A DNA stretch of 64,000 nt from Mizuhopecten yessoensis (lineage: Eukaryota). The notes under the pieces are model-generated. The model did not search any database, was not told the DNA's origin, and was given only the letters and a program-made list of their open reading frames with translations. Location: contig NW_018408623.1 in NCBI RefSeq assembly GCF_002113885.1, forward strand, positions 369,333 to 433,332. Direction: 5' to 3'. Shown in pieces: positions 36,036-49,866 of this stretch. Numbering within the stretch: the stretch's first letter is position 1; each line of letters opens with the position of its first letter. The position numbers were made by a program, and so were the translations under genes.

Positions 36036-39000
36036 GTAAGAAGCATATACCATTTTGTAATGTTTAATGCGTTGCAGTCTTGGTAATATTATGCTTGAGT
36101 TAGGATAGGATTTACTCATATAAACTGTCATAACGTTAAAGTCCTAACTAGTTTCGATATACATGTGTAAACTACTATACATGTAGTATCTTGCAAATTC
36201 AGGTGCAATATCAATATAGAAGTATGAATAAATATGGTTTCTTTTTCTTTTTCTAAAAATTATAGATACATCAAAGTCATGGGTTGGCATGAATAACGTT
36301 ATAAATTACTGAAGTATATGTGTGTATTGCGCCAGAATACATATCTAGTCATGCGTGAAGTATGTTTAGTCAATGTTAAACCCTACTCAAGGTAGACTAT
36401 CTATATACAATCAGCAACATTACAATGAAGCGCATTAGCTTTATTTACATTAAGATTAAGTAACAGTATGCAAAAATGAATAACTCTGCATCAAACAGCT
36501 GTTTCCTCCTTCAACGATTCCTCTTTAGTCAATGCTCAGGTCAAAAAGTTTGAAATCCAAATAGGTCTTAACTACTGTTGAAACGGAGGGGAGCTTCAAT
36601 TCCTTTTAATTAATGTATTCAAAAATTAAGAACAATACTAGTCAATTTCAAAATTAACAGTACCATTAAGGAGAGCTGACTCTGATTTGATATCAACATT
36701 ACCAGGGGGAAGTGTCAGATCTATTTACATATCAACATTATCATGGGGGAGTGACATATCTATTTAGATATCAACACCATTATAAGGGGGTGACATATCT
36801 ATTTATATATCAACATAACCATTAGGGGGTGACATATCTATTTAGATATCAACATAACCATTAGGGAGTGACATATCTATTTAGATATCAACATAACCAT
36901 TAGGGGGTGACATATCTATTTAGATATCAACATAACCATTAGGGGGGGACATATCTATTTAGATATCAACATTATCATAGGGGAGTGACATATCTATTTA
37001 GATATCAACACCAGCACGAGGGAGTGACATATCTATTCAGATATCAACATAACCATTAGGGAGTGACATATCTATTAAGATATCAACATAACCATTAGGG
37101 GGTGACATATCTATTTAGATATCAACATTATCATAGGGGAGTGACATATCTATTTAGATATCAACACCAGCACGAGGGAGTGACATATATCTATTCAGAT
37201 ATCAACATTATCATGGGGGAGCGACATATCTATTTAGATATCAACATCACCATGAGGGAGTGTCATATCTATTTAGATATCAACATTACTATGAGGGAGT
37301 GTCAGATCTATGAAGATATCAATATTACCATGAGGGAGTGTCATATCTATTTAGATATCAATATTACCATGAGGGATTGACAGATCTATTTTGATATCAA
37401 CATCACCTTGAGGGAGTGTCAGCTATATCTAGATATCAACTTTACAACAGGGGATTGATAGACTTATTTAGATATCAACGTTATTATGGTAGAATATCAG
37501 ATTTGTTAAGATATCAACATTACCATAAGGGGGTGACATATCTATTTAGATATCAACATAACCATTAGGGAGTGACATATCTATTTAGATATCAACATAA
37601 CCATTAGGAAGTGACAAATCTATTTAGATATCATTATTACTATGAGAGTGTGTCAGATCTATTAAGATATCGACGTTTTCATGCGAGAGTGTCAGATCTA
37701 TGTATATACCAATACAACCATGAGGGAATGTCAAATGTATTACAATATAAACATTACCATGAGAGTGTGTCTGATCTATTTAGATAACAACATTATCATT
37801 GGGGAGTGACATATCTATTTAGATATCAACATAACCATTGGGGAGTGACATATCTTTTTAGATATCGACGTTACCATTAGGGAGTGACATATCTATTTAG
37901 ATATCAACATAACCATTAGGGAGTGACATATCTATTTAGTTATTAACATAACCATTAGGGGGTGACATATCTATTTAGATATCAACATAACTATTAGGGG
38001 GTGACATATCTATTTAGATATACACATAACCATTAGGGAGTGACATATCTATTTAGATATCAACATATCCACGGGGGAGTGTCATATCTATTTAGATATC
38101 AACATCACCATCAGGGAGTGTCATATCTATTAATATATCAACATTATCATTGGGGATTGTCAGATTTGTTTAGATATCAATATTACCATGAGGGAGTGTC
38201 ATATCTATTTAGATATCAACATTACTATGAGGGAGAGTCAGATCTATTAAGATATCAACATTATCATGGATGAGTGTCAGATCTGTTTAGATATCAATAT
38301 TACCATGAGGGATTGACAGATCTATTTTGATATCAACATCACCATGAGGAAGTGTTAGCTATATCTAGATATCAACTTTACAACAGGGGAGTGATAGACT
38401 TATTTAGATATCAACGTTATTATGGTGGAATATCATATTTGTTTAGATATCAACATTACCATAAGGGATTGACAGATCTATTTAGATATCAACATCACCA
38501 TGAAGGAGTGTCAGCTATATCTAGATATCAACTTTAAAACAGGGGAGTGATAGATTTATTTAGATATCAACATTACAATGATTAAATGTCATATCTATTT
38601 TGATATCAACATTGCCATGCGTGAATGTCATATCTATTTAGATATCAACGTTACCATTTGGGAGTGACAGATCTATTTTGATATCAACAATACCGCGGGG
38701 GAGTGTCAGAGCTATTTAGATATCAACAAAACCACGAGGGAGTGATGGATCTATTTAGATATCAACATTTCCATGAGGGGGTATCAGATATATTTAGTTT
38801 TAATATTTCCAAGAGAGAGAGAGAGAGTTAAATCTATTAAGATAACAATATAACCATGAGTGAGTGTCAGATCTATTAAGATATCAATGTTTCATTGAGG
38901 AGTGTTAAATCTATTGAGATATCAACATTACCATGAGAGAGAGAGTTTGGTGTATTTAGATGTCAACATTACCATAGGGAGTGTCATATCTATTGAGATA

Positions 39001-42000
39001 TCAACGTTTCCTTGAGGGAGAGTAATATATCTATCTAGATATCAACATTATCTTGATGGATTTCAACATTACCATAGGGAGTGTCATATCTATTGAGATA
39101 TCAACGTTTCCTTGAGGGAGAGTAATATATCTATCTAGATATCAACATTATCTTGATGGATTTCAACATTACCATAGGGAGTGTCATATCTATTGAGATA
39201 TCAACGTTTCCTTGAGGGAGAGTAATATATCTATCTAGATATCAACATTATCTTGATGGATTTCAACATTACCATAGGGAGTGTCATATCTATTGAGATA
39301 TCAACGTTTCCTTGAGGGAGAGTAATATATCTATCTAGATATCAACATTATCTTGATGGATTTCAACATTACCATAGGGAGTGTCATATCTATTGAGATA
39401 TCAACGTTTCCTTGAGGGAGAGTAATATATCTATCTAGATATCAACATTATCTTGATGGATTTCAACATTACCATAGGGAGTGTCATATCTATTGAGATA
39501 TCAACGTTTCCTTGAGGGAGAGTAATATATCTATCTAGATATCAACATTATCTTGATGGATTTCAACATTACCATAGGGAGTGTCATATCTATTGAGATA
39601 TCAACGTTTCCTTGAGGGAGAGTAATATATCTATCTAGATATCAACATTATATTGATGGATTTCAATATTACCATGGCGGACTGTTAGCATTATTTACAT
39701 ATCAATATTTCAACGAAGGACTGTTAGCTTTAATTAGATATAAATATTACAACGAGGGACAGTTAGTCTTATCTAAATTTCAACATACCCATGTTATTTG
39801 ATCAACTCAAATGTATATACTTTATTCAAATCAAGCAAGTATACGTGGCACTATTCCAACAAACCATTGCATACGTCAATTAAGTCAGGGTAACATTGCC
39901 ATTGTGATCCTGTATGTCGACTTTGAAGATCATTTAGTCAATTTAGAACATCTTCTCCTCAAAATAGTTTCTTTTATCAGTACTTTTGGCTCTTCCACGA
40001 TATACACTCCCTCATACCAAACTACCGGAACGCTTTCGTTCTCTTGTTACGGGAGGTTTCCCCCAATAAAGGTAAACGTCATTATCAATATACAGATGTA
40101 AACAATTTTGTAGCATATTTTGCGAGAAGACAAACGAATACCAAAATGAAATCATTCCAGGATAAAAATGTTAAAAAGGTAAACAACATCTTGGTTGAGT
40201 TTGATGGTAAGATTTCCCAGCACACTGTACACTAAACTGTGCCCTTATATTTTTACTGATTTGTTTTTGTTTTCATATGAGGCTGAATTTACTGTCAAAC
40301 TTTATTGTCTTTTCTATTTCATTCGCTTTTCTCGATCTTTTGACAGAACAAGCAAGGTCGGTTTACTAATGCGGTGTACGATAAGTGGGGGAATTTAATT
40401 TTCCGTTCGTTAACGTTTCCTTTCTTGATAGTACCCTCCATGGTTCCCGAACCTACGGTGTTTAAATGTTGCAGTGTATACGCCATTCACGAGCTTCATC
40501 TAAATATCATGATTTACGTGATATATGTTGACTGCTGGCAGACAAATATACAAGGCGGGATTTCCCAGTATGCAGGTTGATTAAATAATTTAATGGTCAC
40601 CATCACAATTTCATTTGGAAATGTGCTATATCGGTATGTGTCTTTGTTTGATATGGTCGATGGTTTTGAAAATGCGCATAAGTCTATCATGCTATTTTGT
40701 TGTCACTTCTAGCTATAAGGACGTGACATTAGTTGGATTTGACCTCGATTTGTATGACGGGTGACGTCGATGAAGCAGACGATACCGAGTCTTCTCCTTG
40801 TACTTTTTTAAGGGTCACCAAGCAACAGTTTTTTTCTATAGTCTGCCATAGTTTTGTCGATTTCGAGTACATTGTAAAGAACTCTTGTCTAAATTTAATT
40901 TGTTAATGCAGAAAACAAAACTAAGTTTATAATATCTACTGCACTATATAACCATTTCGGTCATGTCTTAAGCATGTATTTGCAATGTGATACCATTCAT
41001 AAATGTCACTGCCGAAATAGAAATGCGTTTAAGGTGATCTACAAATATGTATTCATCACGAAGTAAAACCAAGACACGTCCTTTAACTTCAGAAAATTGT
41101 TTTTTTGCAAGAAGGCATACATCATATTTGGGATAAGATATATGTAATTCTGATGTGGTTATAAAACCTAGTATATAAGTACTTACGATAATAAGCATAC
41201 CTAAGAGTCTTATCTGCTAAATGGTAGAAATCCTTATAGTTTCATGAAGAAATAAAGGAGTCGTTACATCTTAGTGTTTTGTTCGAAATTAGGTACTGCA
41301 TTAATACACTTGTATTTAAAATATCCACAACAAATGGAGAGCGCTATACCAAAAATATTTGTTGGGCTTTTAACATAACACATTCTAAACTGGAATATAT
41401 AACCACATTTAACCGTATAAAATGTAATACTTAAACAGAATCAGTTCGGTGTTAAGCCTTTTTTGAGCATAGCTTGTGACACTTTATCGGCATTTATGTC
41501 TAGATCTTTTTACGATCCTTTAGGCTATTTAGTTTGAACCCCACGCGATTGTGCAAAACAATCAGTTATATGTATCCAAATGTATTTTTCAATCACTAAA
41601 CAATTCACCATTCATAGACAATCTCTCTCACAGAGGCAGGTCAACTACAAAGCGTATCCTCATCTTTATTGAAGTATTCGGCTTTATTTCAGCTTATAAT
41701 ACATTGAATTTAAAATGGCATGTTTCTATATCGATGCGACATCGAGACCGAGAGAACAAGGGGCGAAAATTACATACGAAACAGAATGCTTTGTACGATT
41801 TTCTAACTGAAATCTGATGTCGTGTAGTAGGGCTAAAGTAGAACACCTATATAACACCGGAAATACCGACAAACGGATAACTCGCATGCTGTTGCAGATA
41901 TTTAAACTAAGCATACGCAATACTAGGCATGCTTATGCTGGATAAATAGGAGTATGTGTGTATATGTTATCGAGGTGTAGTTAACTGTTTAATTGTATCT

Positions 42001-45000
42001 ATTTGCACGTTATCAGTATAACCTTATATTCTAGTTGAATCGATATTAAAAGAATTGTTTATTTTGTGTAGGGGGAGGGGAATGGAAGGGAACCAACTAT
42101 CAATTTTATGAAACCTGGTCGATAAAACGTTGGCAAAATACGAAAAGGAAAGAACGACATGGATACCATTGTCTTTGTCAAGGGACAGGTTAAATGTTCT
42201 AAGAAAATTCCCTAAAATGTTAATATGGATGGACTTCCTGTTTGGCGCTTTTGAAATCTAACCAATACCAATCGGAATGTATGCATGCAAGCAATCGTAT
42301 AAGAGACCGGTTTGCCAATTTATGTAAATATGCAGTCATATTTGAAGAATTAGTGAATAAATCAATCTGTCAAAGTCTGACTGTTTGTAATGTTATTAAC
42401 GTTACTTGGTGCGTGGTCATAATCCTGCAATGCTTAGAATGTATTCTGGAAGAATAAATATATCATATATATACATTTTTAAACGTAAGAATTCTAAACT
42501 CTTGCATTCGCAGTTGACAGTTGTTTATCTAACGTAAATTGTAAAGGTTATCAGTAGCAATGATTAATGTAAATAACAAAAACAAATGGTGAGTTGTCAT
42601 TAAGGTTGATAACACACTTAAGGATCCGACTCTTCTCCTGAAAACTGTAACCACCCACAAGGAACTGTTTTTCTGACATGACCATAGCGTTGGTAAATCA
42701 TTTCTGAAAAGAAAGTAACGCTTCATGGGATTTGAGAAATATGTTTCAGTTTTATGAAAAATGAAAATCAGGGGTTGGGGTTTCTGTATATACGTTAAAT
42801 CACAGAGCAATAGGATATAACCCTTAAAAGGTTCTCCCTCATATGACGTTACAGACCAGATGATATTTTTTTGTATGACTTCCAGCACGATCTCTTGTCT
42901 GGGGAACTTTCAAATACACAAAGAACTTAATATTTTACGAAAAGTCTAAAATGTTCCAATTCCAATAAAATACGAAATGATTTAGTTCACGTCTGTCCCC
43001 AAAACGTTTGTAAAGGCTAGTTAAATGATTGAAATAAGGCATATTTGTCCCCGCTCAAGGCTATATCGCTGAAGAGCCTTCACCGATATAATTATTTGGT
43101 AGTCATGTGTTTTATTGACTTTTCCTTCTTGAACAATGTTGTTATGTTTTAAAGAATGATAGAAAAGGATGTTTTACGCATATTTAATCGAGGGGCCTAC
43201 CCTAACGAATTGTTGTAGATGAAAAAGTTATGTTAAGACGCCACTTTTAAACAACAATATAACGTGTATCGAAACAGTAATTCACAAACCTTAATACAAA
43301 CAAATGTCTTGCAAGCAAAAAGAATCACTTTGTAATTTATGAAATTGACGTAAGCAACGCTTATTTTGAAATTCATTTAGTACATTACGGTTGTTTATAA
43401 ATAATGTCACAAGTAATGGACTACGTCATCATATCATTGCCACCACTGATGTTGCCTCAGAAAGAGACCTGGGCTCGAATTCAAACAAAGTTAAGATTAG
43501 ATATTTGTTTATGCTATGATACAACACTAACAAATATTCAAATTTAAAGCATCAAATAACTTTGATTACATGTAACTACAGTATTCAAATAGTAAACCAT
43601 AACGTCTTGCAGCTACTCGGGTAGACGGTTTAATGTAACAGCCCCCTACAATTACAACTGCAATTAGTCACTCGTTGTACATCTGATAAATACATTATTA
43701 GCGCTGTGGACCTTTATGGACGTTGTTTATTAATGTTGATTGCAAAACAAACGAAATAGAAAATAATGTTTGAATAATTATTTTCGTTTAACATATATCA
43801 AAAAAATGTATAGTTGGGCATTTTCGCAGGAGATTTATTTTTGCTATTTCGCAGTCACAAACGAACTAGTGCAGATCGGGAAAAACCACGAAATTAAACA
43901 AATATACAGTAACAGAAGTGATAAGTATCCATGAATACTACTGACACCATTCTGTTATTTTTCAAAACTGCTGCGCTGGACATCCATATTTAAACATAAG
44001 AAAAGTACATAGCTTTATACATCTTCCTCAATTATTATTTTTCAACTAAAAGAATATTCATACCTACTCAGAACATCTTAAAACATAATGATTTAATCCC
44101 CGATTTGACTAAGATTGAAACTGGCTACGAACTTATCATATTTCGACCGAATTTTGGTAAGTAGCTTATTGTGATACTGTGGAATATATTTGAAGGAAAT
44201 CTTTTATAATCATTATACATTAACCCCCTTCTCTCGTCATACTAAAGACGAGAAATGCTTTGTTAATGAATAAGAGACATAGGCATATATGTTTTGATTG
44301 AGGTATGTCGTTGATATGACTTGAGGACAATATCTTTAGATATAAGATAAAACCAAAATCACGTCAACAAGTGTGAGAAGACATAGTTTTGTACCTAAGC
44401 CTTCGTGTGTAAGTATAGTGGGCTCGAACAAACTAGTAGTCTGTGTGACCACAGGTGTATGATATCAATTGCGGTATTACGGCTATGTACGAAATAATTA
44501 TCTACGAATATCGCCTGCTCACCATAAACTACACCTGTTACTTCATAACCAATCTTACATTCAACGGCAAATTTAATCTTCATATTCATACTATAAACTA
44601 ACATCCAGTTTACCAACAAATATCAAAAGCATTTTGCAGGAGAAACATATGTTTTAGCGTATTCTTACTGAATACTATTATTGATAGAATGGGCGTCATG
44701 GATGGTTATCAAATTAAACTGTCCATTGGGCATGAATGTATCACAACAGTCTATCACATTCACTTTGTATCTAAACGAACCACAGCTAGTGCTAGTAGTA
44801 TCAAAAGGTGCACACGTAGTAATTGTATGTTATATTTTTCTTTACAGAATTTTTGTGATTGGTTTCTGGATGTGTCTGTTAACATTTACTGTTCATAGTG
44901 ACTCAAGGCACTTCAGTAAGTATATTTTATATGAAACAGTCGCTTAATTACAAATAATGTTGTTTAATTGTACATGTCATTGGTTTCGTGGTCCATCGCA

Positions 45001-48000
45001 ATTTTTAATACTTATGAATCAATATCAATGATGTTAGCAATCACAAAGCAGTTACTATGCCCTATTTAATGTCGTTATCATACTGTGTATCAGTTATCGC
45101 CAAAAGGTAACGTAAACAATTAACCGTCCATCACTTCAACATATCGGTTACCTTGATTCAATTACCTTACAGCGTTTACATTCCAACTCTTTATTTTTGT
45201 GAATTCCTTAAAATGCGATATAAGAATTCCAACGATTTTCTTGCGAGGATTCAATACGTAAAATGAACAGTATCATATATCCCTTGCTAAAATATTCTCA
45301 CACCATAATATATTTCCTGAAATTAAAGCGATTTACGATATATCTTTTTATCATGTTAAAATGAAATCAGGATAATTTCAGCATTTATTAAATTGATATA
45401 CATTAATGCAATACTAATCTATGGCAGTATCACTTTTATTGACATTAGTTTGCAAAATGTCTTTCATTTTTTCTTTCAAAAGTCACTCCTTTTTACATAA
45501 GATTCCATTTAAATTCCTTAAAATTATGACAACCTATATATTTTTTTTGCGGCAGAAAATTTACATTACTTCAAAGCAATATAACTACAAAATTTGAGGA
45601 AATTCTACTGAGAAATGGGGACACAATCCTATTACCTTAAATAGGCGAGGTCCGTTTATAAAATACATATTTTTAGTATAGAACATCACATTGAATAACA
45701 GTGGTATATTCTTTCATGTCTGAAATGTACACCAGAATCGATTCATTGATATGAAGTTTTTTTTGCTATTATGTAGTTAAGTATTGCTAAATTAAGACGA
45801 TTATTTCATGAGAGATACATTATGTATTATAGTAGTTCGAGTAAACGACATTTCCCCCCTTACATTTGAATTGTTGGCGTGTCATTGTCCAATGAATAGA
45901 GATTCTTGTTTCATTGGTATCGATTTCATATCTTCATAATGCATAATTTAAGTAATATAGTGGTCATATATAGGCTTAGGAAAATATAGTTGATAATAAT
46001 ATCATCTAAATCAAGAAACGTTGATACCTTAAATCATTTTATTGTTATTTTGCCAGATGGGATAACGTTGGAACCTATTATCATTTATTATCATTTTGAC
46101 AGATGGATAGATTTATACCTGTTATCATTTTGTGCTATTTTAACAGATTGGATAGATTTGATACCTATTATCATTTATTATTACTTTGACAGATGGGATA
46201 GAGTTGATATCTGTTATCATTTTGATTTGCTTTGACAGATAGGGAAACGTTGATACCTTTTATCAGTTTCTTATATTTTTACAGATAGGATAACGTTAAT
46301 ACCTGTTAGTATTTTATATTATTTTGCTGGTTTGAATAGCGTTGGAACCAGTTATCATTTTATATTATGTTGACAGCCGGATACTTTTGATACCTATAAA
46401 CATTTTATATCATTGTAACAGATGGGATAACGTTGATACAGTTTTGCAGCTGTTGGAATGCCAGTATTACCCGGACTGGGAACGATTTATATGTAGATAT
46501 AACCTTCGTTAAAAAATGCTGGGAATCACCATTGAAAAAATATGGAGGTTTTCAAATCATCCCTTACAAAAGTACCATGTTATTCAAGATTAGCGTTAAA
46601 GAATCCCTACAGAAGATGTTAAAGGTGAAAGAGTTAAAGTGCCAACTAAATGTAAGTCATACACGTATTTCTCTTCGGCAATTCGTCGTATTTTGTAGAA
46701 GCGTATTTGAAAACATTATCTATTTGCGATCTTCGTATTACTATGTAAATATTCATCGCAATAGAGTAGAATCCGAGAGCTGAGTACGTGACAAATCCTC
46801 GTGATTTAATTGTGACGTTATACGATACGTCATTGATATCAAATATAGGACTACTGTCACTGCATTAACATGCTTATCACTTGCAAGTGTAATACAGAAA
46901 AAAATGTATTATACTAACCTTTGTCACTAAAACAATGGGTAGTACTTATTGAGATATATTCAATTCCTTTTCCATAATTTCTAAATAGCTGTTTCTATTT
47001 GTATTCATATTTTTACAGAAAGGCTGTTTTACTACTATTTCTATGGTGAGAGACACAAGTTTGGAAGTAAGTAATAGATGTTCTAGAGAAGAATATTGAT
47101 AAATGGTGTTTTGTTTATAATGTGAAAATGTGGATTTTCAAGAACTGTCTGTAGCGTTTCAAAGTTTAAATTTCTATATCATTTATAGTTTAAATGCCCA
47201 TCTTATTGTTACAATTGTGAAAAAAGGGAAAACTTTTACTTTTTAATTGTGCCAAATTTAAGGATTCCTGTCCGACTAGTTTTTTTTTATATACACAGTA
47301 ACATCCCCTTAATTCCGTATTGGATATAACTATAGCACAGTTGGGGTGGCACACATCCGTTGACCAGGAACTCAGTGGATTGCAGCGATCGCCTAACATT
47401 GTGAAGTCCAAGGTTCGAATCCTGGTCCAGTCCTGCTGTATATTTACAATCACTATTGATTCAACGTTTTACCGTTCTCTCTTTTGTTTCATGACTTCGC
47501 GCAATCTAAGGTTTCCTTTTCAGAAGTTTTCTTATAAGTCTTCATTTCCATTACTTATATTTGTGTAGTCATTATAGCAGTATATGCATTTATGCTAAAC
47601 AGAACGCAAATAAAATTTGACACTGGTTTTTTTCTCTGAATTTACAGATTATTCCCTTTTGTAACTCTTGTGATAGTTGTATGGGAAAAGAAACAGGTTG
47701 GTATACAATACAATACGTCTGAATTTTAATTAGAAATTATTGAGAAGAATTTATTTACCAACATATACGTTTCAAACTTGAAAGATAAATCCTTATATAT
47801 CAATCAGCGATATGTTACTATTCAACATGCTTTCAAAAATTCTACAATAATGGCTAGCAATCCCTACCAATGCATATCGTTCTAACACTCACTTAGTGAA
47901 AGGAACGACAATTCTGATTAGTGAATGAATGGCCATAACAATGATTTGGTCACGTGAATACCCAATTAGCGATAATATACAGAATTTCAATACATTATAC

Positions 48001-49866
48001 AATTAAAGTTAATTGAAGTACTACATAAATTACTAGAGTGTATGAAAACGATTATTCCAACATTTTACTCCTTAAGAAAATATTCCCACTTGTCATCTCG
48101 ACAATCTGCAGTGACAACATTGTTTTTCAGATTATATCAGCTACACACATCAGAAGAGGAGCCGTGTTCCGGAAGTTGTCACTACTAAACCAAAGAACCC
48201 GCTCGCCCCAGAATCCTACAAATCACGATTTCTGGTCATGGCTGGTGTTGTCACAATTGTTGCTACCATAGCTACATTTGTTATCATCATGTTGGTATGC
48301 CGAATAAACAAAAACAGGATCCAGCGAAGAGGTAATATATTATTTCTCAACACTTGATTACCTTAATAATTATGTTAGAAACATACAGATGATATGAAAA
48401 ACAAAATATATTGTGATTATGATGACATCTGTGTTTTGCTATGTGTTCAATTAGACTGTTGTTTATTTCGTTAAATGTAACAAAATTATAATCAGATCAT
48501 ATGAAAAACAAATATTGTGATCGTGATGACATCGTCGCTATGCGTACAATGAGACATTTTGTAATTTCGTGTGAAGTGTAACAAAGAATATATACAACAA
48601 ATGCAGTTTTTAATGAAAATTAAAACAAAATTAATGGACTTTGAGAAATTATCATGTCCATCTGTAGTTGTAAATAGTGACGCATTAACTGCTTCAATAT
48701 CAATTTACAAATTGATCATTTTCAGGACCTGAACAACAATCGTTAGTGGATGTAGGGAGTGATACCACAGATGCACAAACAGGTAATACGGTTTTAATAT
48801 GCTTATGTAAGGATTGCATAGGACTTTTCCTTTGTTTATATTTTTGCTTAATTTTCATCGATTTAGAATTCGAATTACGTATTTGTAATAAATAAAAACA
48901 CAACTAAACTGAAACAGAAAAAATAGTCACCTACATTAGTTCTTAAACTTTCTACTAACTAAATGTAAACAAAAACAACAACAAAACCATAATCCGAGCT
49001 TCATCTCGATCAAATACAAGGATTTTCACGTCCTGACATCGAGAACACTGGTAGTGACAACATAACCACAAAGCACACAAGCACACAAGTGATAACAAAC
49101 ATTTTATAAGCACCAATGGTTTAAGATTCACTTTCTTATTGAGATAAAGTTCGATGCACAAATGTGTTTCATTTTTTTTATAGATGTTTCCATACCTATC
49201 GAACCAAACAGTCCTACAGAACAACCCAACACACGAATTCGAAGGCAGTCCGTGAAAATTGGTGTTTTCCACCCTCATATTCCGAAGGAGTTATCTTCTC
49301 AAGCGACCGAAAACCCTTTGGACGCACATGTGCAACGTATGATAAATATCCTTACTTCTGTACAAGAATTAGACGTTAATTATTTAACAACGAATTTAAC
49401 CAATCTATTTGAAGGGATTGATGAAGTGAGCTCTTCGCCAAAGATAATTCTTGTTCTTTGCGATAGGTTTAGTGAACTCTGCCACGAAGGAAGTGCTCAG
49501 AACGGGAATATTACCGAAGAGAAATGGACAGATACTGAAAGTAATCTTTTGAAAAGAATAAGAGAAAAATATTACCTAAATAATACTTGTTTGTATTTTG
49601 TAAATTTCAAACATTTTAAACAACAGAACAACGCCCTTGCTGATGCTCGAGTTATGTTTACTAGCCAGTCGTATAAGGTGTTCAGTATTGACTATTTGGG
49701 TCAAAGTGACGACCACTTCAAACAGCTTTTGGATTCAATTTTGTCTGATGTCATCTGTGACTCTGAAGCACGGAGCATACGAATCATGTCGCTTTTAAGT
49801 CAAGATTTGAACACAATTCATGTCAGTGATGCAATTGAACAGAGATTTATGTCGTTGTGCGAGTAG
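36022..49866 (+). CDS. IL-17-receptor-like type I membrane protein with SEFIR/TIR-like tail, copy A, spliced model 449 aa
   Basis: join(36022-36035,44848-44915,46422-46651,47019-47066,47648-47696,48131-48331,48726-48782,49184-49866) = 1350 nt, GT-AG, phases 2,1,0,0,1,1,1. Signal peptide MASGRIFVIGFWMCLLTFTVHS; ectodomain ending LEIIPFCNSCDSC; TM FLVMAGVVTIVATIATFVIIMLVC followed by RINKNR; cytoplasmic beta/alpha pattern. Family call is motif-based inference. Confidence 0.75.
36655..39795. repeat. ~39-bp minisatellite, copy A, in receptor intron 1
   Basis: Unit ~gatatcaacataaccattagggagtgacatatctattta; explains ORFs 37102-38537. Confidence 0.95.
38963..39670. repeat. 100-bp higher-order repeat, 7 near-identical copies
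   Basis: tcaacattaccatagggagtg recurs every 100 bp from 38963 to 39563. Confidence 0.95.
39960..40870 (+). mobile_element. decayed Penelope-like reverse transcriptase relic (copy A)
   Basis: Fragments CP.IFTDLFLFSYEAEF, FLDL, YDK...FPFL, YGV match the CAPLLADLFLYSYE / KLYDKRDDFNFPIVNFPFL type; many stops and frameshifts. Confidence 0.75.
44848..44915 (+). CDS. receptor A exon 2 (signal peptide IFVIGFWMCLLTFTVHS-DSRHF)
   Basis: tttacag|A ... TTC A|gtaagt; 68 nt; conserved in copy B. Confidence 0.85.
46016..46440. repeat. ~44-bp minisatellite built from the exon 3 acceptor and exon start (copy A, ~10 units)
   Basis: ttttgacag|atgggataacgttgatacc repeated; the last unit is the modelled acceptor. 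Confidence 0.9.
46422..46651 (+). CDS. receptor A exon 3 (GITLIQFCSCWNAS...KCQLN)
   Basis: taacag|AT ... AAT|gtaagt; 230 nt. Confidence 0.85.
47019..47066 (+). CDS. receptor A exon 4 (KGCFTTISMVRDTSLE)
   Basis: ttttacag|AAA ... GAA|gtaagt; 48 nt, phase 0-0. Confidence 0.8.
47362..47432 (+). mobile_element. tRNA-derived SINE head relic (copy A)
   Basis: A-box-like gaactcagtgg and B-box ggttcgaatcc; no intact cloverleaf. Confidence 0.6.
47648..47696 (+). CDS. receptor A exon 5 (IIPFCNSCDSCMGKET)
   Basis: tttacag|ATT ... ACA G|gttggt; 49 nt, phase 0-1. Confidence 0.8.
48131..48331 (+). CDS. receptor A exon 6 (stalk and TM helix)
   Basis: ttttcag|AT ... AGA G|gtaata; 201 nt; 24-residue hydrophobic helix then basic residues; different frame from the listed ORF. 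Confidence 0.87.
48726..48782 (+). CDS. receptor A exon 7 (GPEQQSLVDVGSDTTDAQT)
   Basis: ttttcag|GA ... ACA G|gtaata; 57 nt, phase 1-1. Confidence 0.7.
49184..49866 (+). CDS. receptor A exon 8, SEFIR/TIR-like cytoplasmic domain
   Basis: tttatag|AT; longest ORF in the window; VKIGVFH / HVQRMINIL / LDVNYL / KIILVLCDRF / LYFVNF / YKVF / FKQLLDSI. Confidence 0.85.

Noticed and set aside
37102-37380. YLDINIT repeat resembling an RT YLD/FLD motif next to the Penelope relic
   Set aside because: The relic retains its own FLDL region; the match is short and probably coincidental.
42203-42911. kB-like sites (gaaaattccc, ggggaactttc) in receptor intron 1
   Set aside because: Imperfect, changed in copy B, and expected by chance at this length.
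47019-47066. Alternative frame RLFYYYFYGERHKFG, in which all three A/B differences are synonymous
   Set aside because: Needs phase 1-1, but exon 3 ends and exon 5 starts in phase 0. It would be in frame only for an exon 2-4-6 isoform, for which there is no evidence.
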